DNA of 63,596 nt, the filler included, from Intoshia linei (Eukaryota > Animalia > Orthonectida), in the NCBI GenBank assembly GCA_001642005.1. It is 10 parts of 10 records of this genome, joined end to end, with 100 filler letters (N's around TTAATTAATTAA, not from the genome) between each part and the next. Parts side by side here need not be neighbours in the genome. Positions count along the whole stretch, not along the records: positions 17,090 to 31,012 come from LWCA01000989.1; positions 31,113 to 33,878 come from LWCA01002210.1; positions 33,979 to 46,124 come from LWCA01001108.1; 7 more parts are not named here. One strand, 5' to 3'. The notes below the pieces were generated by a model. The model was not told the origin of the DNA, did no database searches, and saw nothing but the letters and a program-made list of their open reading frames with translations. Position 1 is the stretch's first letter. Every line of letters starts with the position of its first letter. A program made the translations under genes and the position numbers. Below are positions 24,295-37,525 of the stretch, one piece after another.

Positions 24295-27200
24295 TTACAC
24301 AAAAAATTGATTTAGATATTTATAGATTGTATCGGTATCAATGACCAAATGGTCATCATGCAGGTATAAACATTGCAATGTATTATCTTTATAAAACCTC
24401 TGCAAGCCAATTGTATCATGTATGAATATGTTACTTTGGAGCATTGTTTCCAATCCCGTAGCTCTACTTTTATTGTAATAACCGAAACATGAACTCTGAG
24501 GTGGAATAACATATCTAAATTTATAAGTTGATAAAATTAATTACAATGTATTAAGTTTGATCATATAAAATATTAACTATATAAATACTATTTTGCATTC
24601 ATATACGGACCATTTTATATTATTATATAATGCCATGCAATACAATCAAAAGTTAAAATAGTATGTATAATATACATTGTGTATTAGGGTGTCACACCCA
24701 TCAAAGAATTAAAAGCGGTTAGTGCGGAAATAGTGTATTATCATGATATATAAAATAATCTAGAATGGGGTGTTGCAAAGATGCCGATTCTAGTTGCGCT
24801 CATTTAAAATATCCTTTTGAAAATAGTATAGAAAAATTTAAATTTAACTTAATTTTTTGGAAAAACAATATTGTGGTAATTTGTCATAGTTTATATTTTA
24901 TGGTCTCAACACCCACGCTTAACTATACATTTCAATTTTTAAAATTTGGTTCTAGCTCGATTTTTATCAACGTTCAAATTTCGGATAGATTGAAAATTTT
25001 ATAAACATTATTGCATAATTTTGCGAGATAGAGAAGTTATAACTGTAGAAACAGCAGATAATACCTTTAAATTAAATAAAGTGACCAGATTTAATAAGTA
25101 CTATCAATTTTAGTTTATTTCGAAGAAATTTTAAGCCATGGTTAATTTAAACTAAAGTCTAAATTACAATATAATGTAAATTTTAATACAAATTGTAAAG
25201 TTTAATTAAACGTTAATACAACATAATTAATTTATATATTATCAAAAAATCCATTTTTAAATTCATTCATTATTTTTTTAATAAAGTATTATTTATTCAA
25301 TATTTTTTTAAAATTATATTTGAATTACAAAATGAGTTTACTAAATGCAGTCTAAATCCTTATTAACGGAATTTTTAATTTCAGAAATTCCATTATAGAT
25401 TATATTTGAAATAACAATATATCGCATTGTTAGATAGTTATAATGTTCTATTTGACTATTTGACATAAATGAAGTTTTTAATGAAAAATTTTCTAAATCA
25501 TATCTTTTACATTTTACCAAAAAAATTAACCTTGAAAACGTATTATTTTATGAAATAACGAACATTTACTGGTTCAATTACTAGATCTCGAGTCGAGATG
25601 CCATGCATAAACCCGAAGGGTGAATGCATTCTGTCAAACTCGTATTGTAAAGTGAAAATTATGCACTAGACATGTAAATAGCTATAACCTTTTCACTGTC
25701 TGGAATTTATGTTTTAATTGTATAACTTGTATAATTTTTAAATTACCTATGTGAAAATGTATGAAAATAAAATATAGTTTTTCAAAATTATGCTCTGTAT
25801 AGTATCGATTCTATACTATAGAATACACAGAAAGTGAAAGGGTTAAATTATTTTGTACACACTACCCAAGATTTACTGAAAGCTAAATTGGTGATGATTT
25901 ATAAAAACTTACGTGTCTGCAGTAAATTGTATCATACTAAATGTTTTGACATTGTCAGAAATTGGTAGAAACTTGTAATTCATATATGCTGTCAATGTGG
26001 TAGATTGGTACAATGCCTCATATTTGATGTCGTGCCAATATGCCATGAATGTTATAAAATCTGTGACGATGTCAGTTATATAAGCAAAATGAGATATTTG
26101 TAAATATCTGATTATATAATCACAGGTAGATCCACACAATGGAACATGAGAAACTCCTCGATGAGGTGATCCAATGGTCATTAAGTTGATCATATCTGGA
26201 TTTGAACCACAAGTTTGAGATACCCATCTTAAGAATAACCCTCCTTGAGAGAACCCTATAGCGTCGTAACCGTTTTTTAAAAGTTTGTTGTGTTTAATTT
26301 GCTGGCATGCAAATGCTAGTTGAAACAATGGAAATGTTCTAGAAAAGATGTTATCAAACAATTTTGAATTAGTAAATGCTATTTGAATTATAGTTCGATT
26401 TGTCATTTTTCGTAGCTTTTTCAAATGCATGTTTTCAAGTAAATCTAAATTTTGACCATAACCGTGCCAAATAACTATCGGACGTTTTATATTATTTGTG
26501 TATCTAAAAATAAAATATGTAATGTTACACATTATATTATAACTGACAGAGGCGAACCTACCCAGTTCGGGGCCACCAGAAAATGAAAATTTTTTTCACA
26601 AACTATGCACAGTCCCATATAGCCCTACCGACCTCTTAAAGGCCCTTGACTTGATATTTTAAATCTATCAGTCAAAAAAGTTATGATATTCAAGTATATA
26701 CTTTTTTTAATGCTCAATTTGTAAAAAAAACGGCCCATTTTACAAAAATTTCGTCAGGGTCCTGAAGAGGAATCTCGTTATGGTAGGTTCAGCACAGTCT
26801 GCATCATCTGAGACATAACTGCAGTCAGGCCTCTCAATACTGCCATAAATATTGAAATAACGAAATAGTGATATTTAGAGTACAATGTATAACTTTTTAG
26901 ACGAATATTATATTAACCCTTACGAAACAATTTCATGTATAGATACCAAAAACTACACTCATAAATTTACATTGGTTTATATACAAACCAAAAATAAATA
27001 CAAAATATTTGACTTTTTAAAAATTGTTGGAATATTATTTGACGGAAAATTGATGGTACTCAAGCCTCATATAGCTAAGGCATAGTTAATATTCATTTCC
27101 TATAATTTACGATCATTACCATCAATTTTAAAAAATGACCATATTAAATTCAAATATGGCTATATTTATTATGTGGCTTTTGGTAATTATCATTTCGGAG

Positions 27201-28019
27201 AGTAATCAGATTTGCAAATTCTCTTTTCTTGGGTAGTAAACGAAAAAATTTAATTATACGGTAGATATCAGACACACCTTTAGTAATCTTACCTTGATCG
27301 ATATCAGAATGTATTAGTAATTAAATATCCAAACATTCATGTATCATGATAGTATAATAATAATAATCAATTTAACTTCAGTTATTTACACTAATTCCGT
27401 ACTACATATTACACTACTGCGTTACATTCCTACAAAATACAACTACAAAAATGACTATATACATTTTGTACAAATGCAATGCAAATGTTAATAAAGAACA
27501 TCTATAATATGTAATGTAAAACTATTTGTTTCTTATCTAAACTATAATTATACTTTAGGTTTTGACAGTAAAAGTTAGAATTCTAAGAATAAAATCAACT
27601 ATATAACATTTATCTCGAAAAACGTATTTATAAATTAGTTTTTTAAATTCTAGGACGCTTAATTTTTTAATTAAACTGTAATACATAAACATTACATTAT
27701 ATAATGGGGTGTAAACTTTTACAACTTTTCTCAATTAAAAAAAAAGTATATTTCAGTATCTGGGTTTTTTGCTATGCAGAACAAAATGGTAAAAAAATTA
27801 TTTAATTTCGTTAATTTGTTGGAGAAATTACATAAATGAATACAGTTTTTATAAGGGGCATTCTAGGTAGCACTTTTCATAGTGAAAACTATTATATAGA
27901 TTATATTAAAATAATATTTGTTAAATAAATTATATATAATACCTTGATTTTTCATTTAGTGTAGGGACTGCCGACGCGGCGTAAATCAAGAAACAAGTAT
28001 ATAAAATTTTGAGAATCAT
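24295..28019 (-). CDS. PPT1: Palmitoyl-protein thioesterase 1-like; exons 28019-27943, 26503-25913, 24514-24295
   Basis: Signal peptide MILKILYTCFLIYAASA; PIVIWHG; GYDAIGFSQGGLFLR (Ser); GSPHRGV; YWHD; FTADT|YVIPPQSSCFGYY (Asp); DTIGL; DDHL (His). The catalytic triad is intact. Confidence 0.88.
25686..25842. mobile_element. Short piggyBac-like MITE in a PPT1 intron
   Basis: ATAA|CCTTTTCACT ... AGTGAAAGGG|TTAA. Similar right ends occur at ~11950-11965 and ~62310. Confidence 0.55.
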
Positions 28020-31000
28020 TACTATTAAATATAATATTCAGATTATATTACATTTAATTTAAATCCTACTCTGGTTGCTAATATACTATGTAAATTATAA
28101 AATTTAATTGTTTACAAAGGAATAATATGATTTTTGTAGCGCTTATTATAAACATTACAAATACTAATGATACAAAATTTTGTTGGTAGAATATAAAATA
28201 TGTAGTTAAATTTATTAAAGTTATAAATATAAAATAATAACTGTATTTTTCAATTATATCAATCCAGTACAATTCATTTTGTGAAGAATCTAAAAAGAAT
28301 CAATATACGGAATTATTTTCCAACTGGATTTCCCCGTCCGTGAAATTCCCATTAGATGTATGTAATACAAAGTTATGGCCTATTCTGGCCCTTTGCCGTG
28401 TCCCCAAATGTTTTTAATCTTAATGGTTGAAATATATTTACGTTAATGAAATAATGTTAAAAAATAAAATGGTAAATCAATTTTAATCAACTTTATTGAC
28501 CATAAAGAAACGATGAGTTAATCGGCATCATATCATAACCATATTAGGATTTAACTTATATAATATGCTACGCTATTTTTGTTTGTGTGTGTGTGTCTGA
28601 GTTAAGTCTCAATGTAAAAAACAATTGATATAATACTTTTTTTAAACAAGATATTTTAAACTTGTGTTTAAAATGTATTCGTCGAACTGTGTTGTCAGAT
28701 TTATCACTAAAGTTTATATTTTATTGTTCAATAATTGTACAATAACTCATACAATCAACAACACAATACATCAATAAACATATCCGATACATCTTTGCAT
28801 TGCGTAGCAACAACTACTTTTTTTTAAAATATTTCTAAATATAAAGATTAGTATGTGTTGGACGAACTAAGATCAATAATAATAAATATTCATTATTTGC
28901 AAATAATCTCATTGTATAAATGTAAAAAAATGTTTTTTTATTGTGCCAACTAAATTTTTAATTTATATAACAATTTCTGATCTCATAAATAAACAAATAA
29001 TTTTACAAGTATTTTCTGAATATTTGGAAATGACTGAATACTTCCAATTGTAAATACGCGTATATTATATTAACAATTAATATTTTACTAAATGTAGCAT
29101 ATTATATTATTACTGGTTTTTCCATAGAAAGTGTACATAGAAAATTCGATACAATCAAAAATAACATCAAATGCTTTTACATATTTATTTAAATTTTTAG
29201 ATAAATGAAATATGAGTTTATATATAGTGCCACCTGTATAAACATTTTTTTTAGCAAATATACAAATTTTGCAAAACTTGAATTTATATTGTTACTTTAT
29301 GTATTTATGTACATAAAATTGAATGTATGTGTGTTACCGTTTAATTATGCACTTTAGAATTAAAAAACCCAAATTTCTAATACAGCTTTTTCAGGTTTAA
29401 GTTTTATCGCAACTTTCATACTTAGAAATTGAAGCCTTCATGTTAAAAAACCTAAATATCCTTATTTTTTAAAATGAAAAGTTCTAAAATTTAAAAAAAT
29501 ATAAATTCGGAACGTTTTAAAATCATTATCCGTCTAGAACAGTTGTTCCCAACCTGTGGGTAATTTGATATTTTTTAAGGATAATAGCGAAATTTTTTGT
29601 AAAACAAATAGAAAATATTTTAAATTATTATTACTTAGGATTTAGTAGATAATTAAATAAAGACGATAAAATTCAGACACGTCAAAATAAAGATATTTTT
29701 AAGAAAATGAAATTGAATTTAAATCAAAATAGATAATTAAACAGTCCAATTATTACAAAAAACATCAAAATAAATCGCATGTGTAGATTACACTGTAGTA
29801 TCAAATTATACATAAATAAGATGAGGAAAACTACATTTACTACTAATTAATGTTTATTTAATCTACAATTAAAGCTCTTGTGGCTCCTTTGGTGATTTCC
29901 TCTTTTTTTTCTCTCCGATGAATATTGATTTTAATTCAACCAATAAATCATCATTTTTCAATAAATTTAAATGGATTGCTACCAATATTAAGTGTTTACA
30001 TTTAAAAATTTTAAAAAAAAATCGACAACTTGTCGACGACAAATACACGTTGATAGCTTTCATTCCTGATTGTTATAACATACTTCATATTCTTGGAACA
30101 TTTTTTCCATATATCCATCAAATATATTTTCATTTGTTTCCAATATTTCAATATTTCCTTCAAAATGAAAAATTTTTCTGGAAACTACAATCATCTTTTT
30201 TTAAAGACAAGAATTTGTGGGTATTTTCCATCCATTTTTTGTTTTTTCAAATTCTTTAAGCATTACCACTTTGTTTAATCTCCATTCTTCGGCAGGACCT
30301 ATTCTGCTCTTCATCATTTAATCAATATTCTATTAAAAAATAAAAACTAATATTCATTTACATTACATATAATTATTTATTTGATTTATAAAAATTTGAA
30401 TTTGACGGTTGATAATATATTTGAATTTACTTTGTATATTAATTTGACTTAAAATGTTATTAATTGATAAACTAACTTGGAAAATTAACTTTACTGATGT
30501 TATTAAATTTAATTTGAGCATAAATTATTTGTGACAAATATATGTTTGTTGCTAGACGTAATAAATTGCCTTCAAATTAAACAAAAGTATTTTCTAATTA
30601 CTTTTTATTGACTACTATTGTATTTATTTGATGATAGAATTTACAATTTGACGTTAAGTCACTTTATTTAATGTTAACGCATTTTATTTTTTGGCTAATA
30701 AATAGACTGCCTTAAATAAATTATGTTAAAATTTCATAATACTTGAAATCTCGATGTAGTCACGTGACTCACGTCCAAATTGATATGTTGTCTATTTTTT
30801 TTTTAAAGTTATTTCTTTCGAATACAAGCGGAAACTGATTATATTCAAAATTTAATTAGTTAAAAATTTCACTGAAAATTTGTATTTCAGGGGTCTGCTT
30901 ATAATTTTAATCGATTATAATCCAGAAAATACAGTAAGTTGACAATTATGTACTACGTACAGCACCTAGCTCTGCCGAGGGCACATTTTTATTCTACCAA

Positions 31001-31559
31001 AAAAATAAATTCNNNNNNNNNNNNNNNNNNNNNNNNNNNNNNNNNNNNNNNNNNNNTTAATTAATTAANNNNNNNNNNNNNNNNNNNNNNNNNNNNNNNN
31101 NNNNNNNNNNNNATAAAACTATACAGTTTATGGATATATCTTTCACCAATGAGATATGCGAAAGATTTCTTGCATTGATTGATAACGTTGTCCCGACATG
31201 CAAAAACTTCAAAAATTTAAAAAATAGAGTTTTGACTAAATTTAATAATTATGTATAAAAAATTCACAATAAAAATATCACAATTTTATTTAAAATTTTA
31301 CGATTTAAATTTTATTCTACATTCAAAACTATTAATTGAACCTTATTTGGCTTTCCTATATTTAATTTGATTATATAAGTAATACTCTTAATATTCATAT
31401 TTAAATAATAATTTGATATTCTGTGCCTTTGAGCATCCTTATAAACTTTTTGAATTTTGTTAAGATTTTGGATTTTATGTCTGCTAATCAAAACGAAAAC
31501 TTTTGGATCTTGTCCTATCAGAAATTCATAAATATTGAAATTATGTCTACCCTAATATT

Positions 31560-32865
31560 CATATCAGCAGTGGTTTAACTGTAAAATATTATTTTCTATG
31601 ATTCACACACTTATCGAAAATTAAATCTCAAAAATAACATTACGATTCCAAAAACAAATTATTTCGTGAGGAAGTTTATTAAAAGAGCCAATATTGAATA
31701 TGTAACTTTACATGGAGAATATGCTGATTTAAGATCAAATTGATGAATTAAAATTACAGTTTAAAATGTATCAAAAGCATATGACATAAATGATAATATT
31801 TAATGTAGATAAACCGGTCTTTACATAAAAGTAACCTGCAATAAAAGTTATGTGATTGATAAATTAAATGATAAAAAAGATGGGAAATCGATTAAAACCA
31901 GAATAAATGCCATACTGTTATGTATCTTTATTATGTATTTGTGTTACTTATTATGGAGAATTCAGAATTCCACTTGTTATTGGAAAAAACAAAAATCCTA
32001 GATGATTTAAAAAGGATGAACTTAAAAAAGTCAAGGTTATGTATAATCAAATAGCAGTTCCTGGTTTACAAAACAGATATTTTTTGAATGTATGAAAATT
32101 TTGAATAATGAATTCAAAAGAGAAGAGAAAAGTTCTTGTGGTCATAAAATAGAAGATTTTTCCAATATAGCTTTTATTTTTATTCCGTCTAACACCACAT
32201 CGGTTATACAACCTCTTGATATGGGAAATAATTTTATATATCTTACTGTATTAAATGAAGACATAAATTTAAATAATTACATCAAATTGGAGGACTTCAA
32301 AAAGATTTTAAGGTGGATTGAAAAATCAATTGAGGATATGGATTCAGTAGTTTAAATAAATTGTTGGAAAAAACCAATCTTTTTGACGACCAATTATCCG
32401 ATGAGCCAATGCACGATGTTGAATTCCGTTCATATATCGAAAATGAAACGATGCCGAAATAAATGTTATTATTGCACATTTCGAAGATTGTGTTTGTTAT
32501 AATGTAAATCAATAATAAAAAAAGGTGTGTAATTTTTTAAATACAGTCTAAGTCCTTTATAACGGAACTTATCTTAACGAAAAAAATACGTATATAACCG
32601 AATCGATTTTCTTGTTAACAATTTTATATGAAACAAAAATATATAATATGGATTTAGACTGTATTATTTATATTTGATTAAGTATTTATTATAATTATAT
32701 TATTTTTTAGTATTTTTACAATATTGAATGAACTTAAAAATGGAATTAATAATTTTTGTACAGACGATGCTTTAAAAATGTTTTATGATCATGAAGATGT
32801 AATTAGTACAGAACTGATGAACCAAAAAAAGAAAACTATTACAGATTACTTTTCAAAAATTTAAT
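31560..32865 (+). pseudogene. Decayed Tigger/pogo (DDE_1) transposase
   Basis: Fragments LHGE.AD, NIFNVD, TGLY, PLVIGKNKNPR, SSWFTKQIF, FIPSNTTSVIQPLDMG and C-terminal KKTITDYFSK; several stops and frameshifts. Confidence 0.85.
32544..32661. mobile_element. pogo-type MITE
   Basis: TA|CAGTCTAAGTCC ... GGATTTAGACTG|TA. A related end occurs at ~25349. Confidence 0.75.
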
Positions 32866-33113
32866 TATTGTAAATAAAAATTTAAACGTCAAATTTAAAG
32901 CACGGTATTTTTCAGAAAGCTGTGGTTTAAATCGACAACCACTGTATACATTAGAGTGTTAACTTTTTTATCGAATTTTAGAAATTAATAAAATACACCC
33001 CCGTACGACATGAGAAATGCCTTCTAAATTAACACCATAATTTTTGTTTCACATATAATGACAAAAACACATGCCCACTTTCACATTTCAATAATACCCT
33101 TTTGCAATTTGAG

Positions 33114-33878
33114 CTAATTTTTATTAATTATATCTATGGTATCTGTAACTAACTCATCGTCAATGTACTTAAGTGACGCCCTATCTCGTAACACTTGGAC
33201 TCGATAAATGGCTTGTTCGGCGACCTCATTGGTCATGGCTACATTTAAAGGAGGAATGGAAGTATAAGCGTGTCTTTTCAAAAAGCATAAGCAACAATTA
33301 CACCTTTGTGGCAAAATACAAGATGGAACTCCTGTCACGGTTGAATAGAGGGACTGTTGGTATGAAGCAATGTTTTCGTATACGGTAGCATTCAATGAAC
33401 GAATGTGTCTGCAATAAATGTGAAACACTCTTCAGCCCCCGTTTGCCGAATACCTATTATAAATATTGTATAATAAATTATAATAATTACCTAAAATCCA
33501 TGCGTGCAACGCTTATATAACTCTTGAATTCCATCGAGCATTGCTTAATGATCTCAATTTAACCCACTTAACTTTAGGCCAATCTTCAGTTTGCATAATT
33601 TTATATGCTGATGATAGATATTTAAGTTCAGAATAGTCATCACGAACCCAATGGGATGTTTTAGGAACACATTGAAAGTCATGAGACATTTCTGAATATG
33701 ATTTGGTTAATTCATCATAATTTGAATGTAATTCATCTATAAGTTTATGTTTTTAAAAGATAAAATATAAATGTTTGCTTATGAATTCATAACCGATGTT
33801 CGGAGATTTGTTCATGCTTCCGACTTTCGCATCCATGTATAGCCGTAATAATCGATCTAGTATGTGTCGCTGACATCC
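33114..33878 (-). pseudogene. Intron-containing hAT-like DDE transposase remnant, C-terminal half
   Basis: GCQRHILDR (CxxH), WVRDD, SNARWNSR (RW motif), MTNEVAEQAI (catalytic E region). In-frame stops and a frameshift. Putative introns 33737-33778 and 33454-33490. Confidence 0.65.
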
Positions 33879-34554
33879 NNNNNNNNNNNNNNNNNNNNNN
33901 NNNNNNNNNNNNNNNNNNNNNNTTAATTAATTAANNNNNNNNNNNNNNNNNNNNNNNNNNNNNNNNNNNNNNNNNNNNTATTAAATTTATATATTTTTCA
34001 CGACAACCCCTCTTGAAAGTTTGGGTCAAAAAAAATCTTAAAAACCCCCGTAAAGTTTTGTTTAAAAAAAATTTCTAAAACCAAAAATTAATACTAAAAT
34101 ATAAGTGAAAGTTTTACACATTCTACGACTTGCCCGTGGAATGTGTACATTTCATAGTTGTACACATTCTATGCAACATATACACTAAAAATTGAAATTA
34201 ACCTGTTTAAAAGATAATTTTTTCAGGTGCAGAAGACGAGATAAATTTAATCGAAACATTAATAACCTTTTTTTTAAAAATGGAAAACTGAAATTTTAAC
34301 ATACACAAATTCTAAGTAATAAAATTTTTTAATGATTATGCATCTCATAAGTTTTATCATTATAATTATAATGTGCACGCTTATGGTCAAAACCTCAAAG
34401 TACCCATTATTTTGATAAATGGAAAAACTTGTGGTCTTTATATTATTTTATATTACTGAATATTGTCAAAAATATTCGCTAATACAGTTTTTTTGTTGAA
34501 TACAGAATGTATACAGAAAAAATTATTTCGAAATCATATATAATGATATTTTAG

Positions 34555-37144
34555 ATGATGCTGAACCTTTTGTTGGAAGAGGGTAGCATAATTACTGTTA
34601 AAAATGCATCCTTATCAACCGGGAAATCTGCGGTATTTCAACCTCAATCAGAATCTTTTCTCGCTATTAGTGATCCCGTTGCAGTGTATTTAATTTATAG
34701 TGTGGTTTTACAATGTTTAGATTCGAAAATGCTTTACGCAGTTTTTCTTGTCTCACTGTCGGTGATATCATAGTACTTAAATATAACAATCAGGTTAATA
34801 AATATAACTACATTTTGTATAATGGGGCTGTTGAAAAAGATTGATGGCCACGTCAAACACCATGTATACCCTAACCACCATTCCGAGGTCACCCGAAAAT
34901 AAAAATAACTTATGAAAAAGATGCGTTAGCGATACACCCTTAACAGGGACGTGAAGAAGTGACTAGGGCCATAAGACCGAGCCTATAATCATGAGGGGTC
35001 TCATTTTTAAATTAATTAATAGGCAATGTTGGAAAATTGCTTAAATATACCAGAATGTCGATAGCCGATGCGATTTCCAACGGTTATTTATAGATAGTTT
35101 ATTTATATATAATGAACGATCGATTAAGCAATGTATAGATGTCTCATTTTTATAAAAATTTAATAGGTACCTACAATGTCAATTTGACCCGGGTTTATTG
35201 TTGGCTCTCCACGTCCCTGATTCCTAACTAATTATTTCTCTTTAATTTAAATTTAACACACAAAATAGTAGTGTTGTTAAAAATGTAAATTTTTTTAATT
35301 GTCAATTAGGAAAACTGATCCACTGTTTTTCAAATATTTCGTTGATCTCTACCACCTAAAATCTCGAAGATGGTATCACTACGGCTTTGTTCTCAAGTAT
35401 CTTTTTCAATGTAGTAGGTTAAATTTTGAACGAATTTCCAACTTTCTTTAAAACAATGGTTCCAAATTCAAATAGTGTACAGACCCATATTTCAAAATAT
35501 TTATTTTTTTTGACTATAAGAAATGTATAACATTTATGAAGAAATTAAAGGTATTTTCTCATAAGATTTGATAGAAAAAAATATTGGAATTAGGGATTTT
35601 CCTTTAAGTTAGTTTTGTAAAATTGAATTTTTTATTTTGGTTTAAGAAGTTGCTCATAAGATTTGGTCAAATCGGATTTTTGAACAAAATATTGGAAAGT
35701 GTGGATTTTTGAAATAATAATGTAGCGGTCGTCTAGGCTTTAGAACAGGGATGTCAATTATGGGGCCTGCGTTGTGCAAATTTTTATTTTTATAACAATC
35801 TTTTCATGATTACATTTTTAACATTATTTTACGTTTTAAACCCAATCGGGAACCACTGGTTTAAAAGGAACAGCCCTATTACACTACAATCAATTGTAAT
35901 ATTACTTTGAGTTGCATGTATGAAAATATAATTAATTAAATCTATTTAGCCATATGAATTTGAAGTTAAAAATACAAAGCCTGAAGATAAAATATGTATA
36001 ATTGAATGTGACTTAAATGTTAGATGGATAATATTCGTTTTTATTATAATTAGGTTGAGTTTGAAACACCTCTAAATTACAACCGCGATGAGCATCAATT
36101 TAAAAAGTACGTAGACGAAGAATCTGATGATGAAGATATTGTAATTAAACTATTTTTTAAATACATATAAATAAATTAGAATTATAAAAATTCCAAAACT
36201 AAAGCATTTGAAGGCGAATATTATTCCATTAAATCCTCAAAATCGTTTGAAAATACAGATGAAATGGATTCTGATAAATAGTAAATATAATGTCAACTTA
36301 TGGAACGAACTAATATAACTGGTTCTTAAACTTAAAAACCAACGGCTCTAACTAAAAGATGTTTATCCAGTTACCTCTCCATAGGTCTGGAGTCTAGACT
36401 TACCGTATAAATTTGACACAGACAAATAATTATGAGTCAAAAATACAATTTTTAATGCTCAATTTGGAAAAATAAGACTGACATTTTACAATAATTTTCG
36501 TAGAGATCCCGCGAAGATGTTTCGCGTACGGTAAATTTGGCTTTGCCATAGATATTTACGATTCTTTGTTTTGATTTTCAAAATAATAAATAACGTTTTG
36601 TAAATTCAAAAATTTTGGATGGTAAAATTTAAAACAAATGTGTTTGTGACCGTGAAGATGTATATTAGTGAGGTTAAAATTTTTTTCTATATAAAATTAA
36701 AAAATGATCTTTGAATCATCGTTTCAGTAATAATAGGCATTATCAAATAATAATTTAGTTCTTAGTCGTGATGAAGGAAATTTCTGAGAATTGTCTTTTA
36801 TAAATTATAAATTCGTATAAGTATACGAATGTTGGTTTTTAAATAAACTGGATCCATTCGAGATCATATAAGATATACATATTTATGTATATTATAAACT
36901 ATAAATTTAAATAATCATTTGTTACCTATCTATGGATTGCACCGTAATTAAAAAATTTATATTTCATTTTCTAGCAAAACTGGACCAATTAAAAACTATG
37001 TTTGTGGTCATTTACAATTTAGAAGAAAACGATATCAAAACAAAATACCGATTCCAGTAAATTAATTTTAGTCTGATGAATTTTTTTTAGGATGATGAAA
37101 TAACCGATACCATTTTATTTAGTGGAGAACATAACACATTATAA
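34555..37144 (+). CDS. UFD1: Ubiquitin fusion degradation protein 1; 5' exons in a gap
   Basis: MMLNLLLEEG..FQPQSESFLAISDPVAV|FENALRSFSCLTVGDII..|..TKPEDKICIIECDLN|VEFETP, followed by the SHP-box-like segments KAFEGE and C-terminal LFSGEHNTL*. Confidence 0.92.
34944..35219. mobile_element. hAT-like MITE in a UFD1 intron
   Basis: TIRs CAGGGACGTG / CACGTCCCTG. A related inverted copy lies at ~45318-45577. Confidence 0.6.
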
Positions 37145-37147
37145 TGA

Positions 37148-37525
37148 TCATTCAACATTACCATAAATTTTTAATTGTATTAAATTTATAATTATTTTGT
37201 TAACATGAAAGTTGTTTAAATTACAGCTAAACATTAATTGTAAACAAATTAATTGAGTTATTACTTTTCCGGAATGTAGTTTGAATCCTTTCATGTTATC
37301 TTCGACAAACGGGACTATGGATCGACTTACAATGGGAGGGTTTTCAATTAAATTTATTAAATGTGTTGATTTCATATTATTTTCTAATTCCAGCTTTGGT
37401 ATGTCTTTCAAATATACACTTAAATTTTCTTCAATTTTATTTTGGAAAACTTGATTATAAGAATCCTCCATATTCTGTATTTTTAATAAATTTGAAGAGC
37501 ATGTTATTTTACAGTCTAGAATCAA
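37148..37525 (-). CDS. Hypothetical protein, probable terminal exon(s), convergent with UFD1
   Basis: 125-codon ORF with a protein-like core (MEDSYNQVFQNKIEENL..GFKLHSGK) and an acceptor at ~37516; no recognised motif. Confidence 0.35.
   Translation of the reverse strand: MILDCKITCSSNLLKIQNMEDSYNQVFQNKIEENLSVYLKDIPKLELENNMKSTHLINLIENPPIVSRSIVPFVEDNMKGFKLHSGKVITQLICLQLMFSCNLNNFHVNKIIINLIQLKIYGNVE

Noticed and set aside
29869-30330. Coding-like purine-rich stretch on the minus strand
   Set aside because: Stops in all frames and no recognisable motif; possibly a decayed TE ORF, but not supportable.
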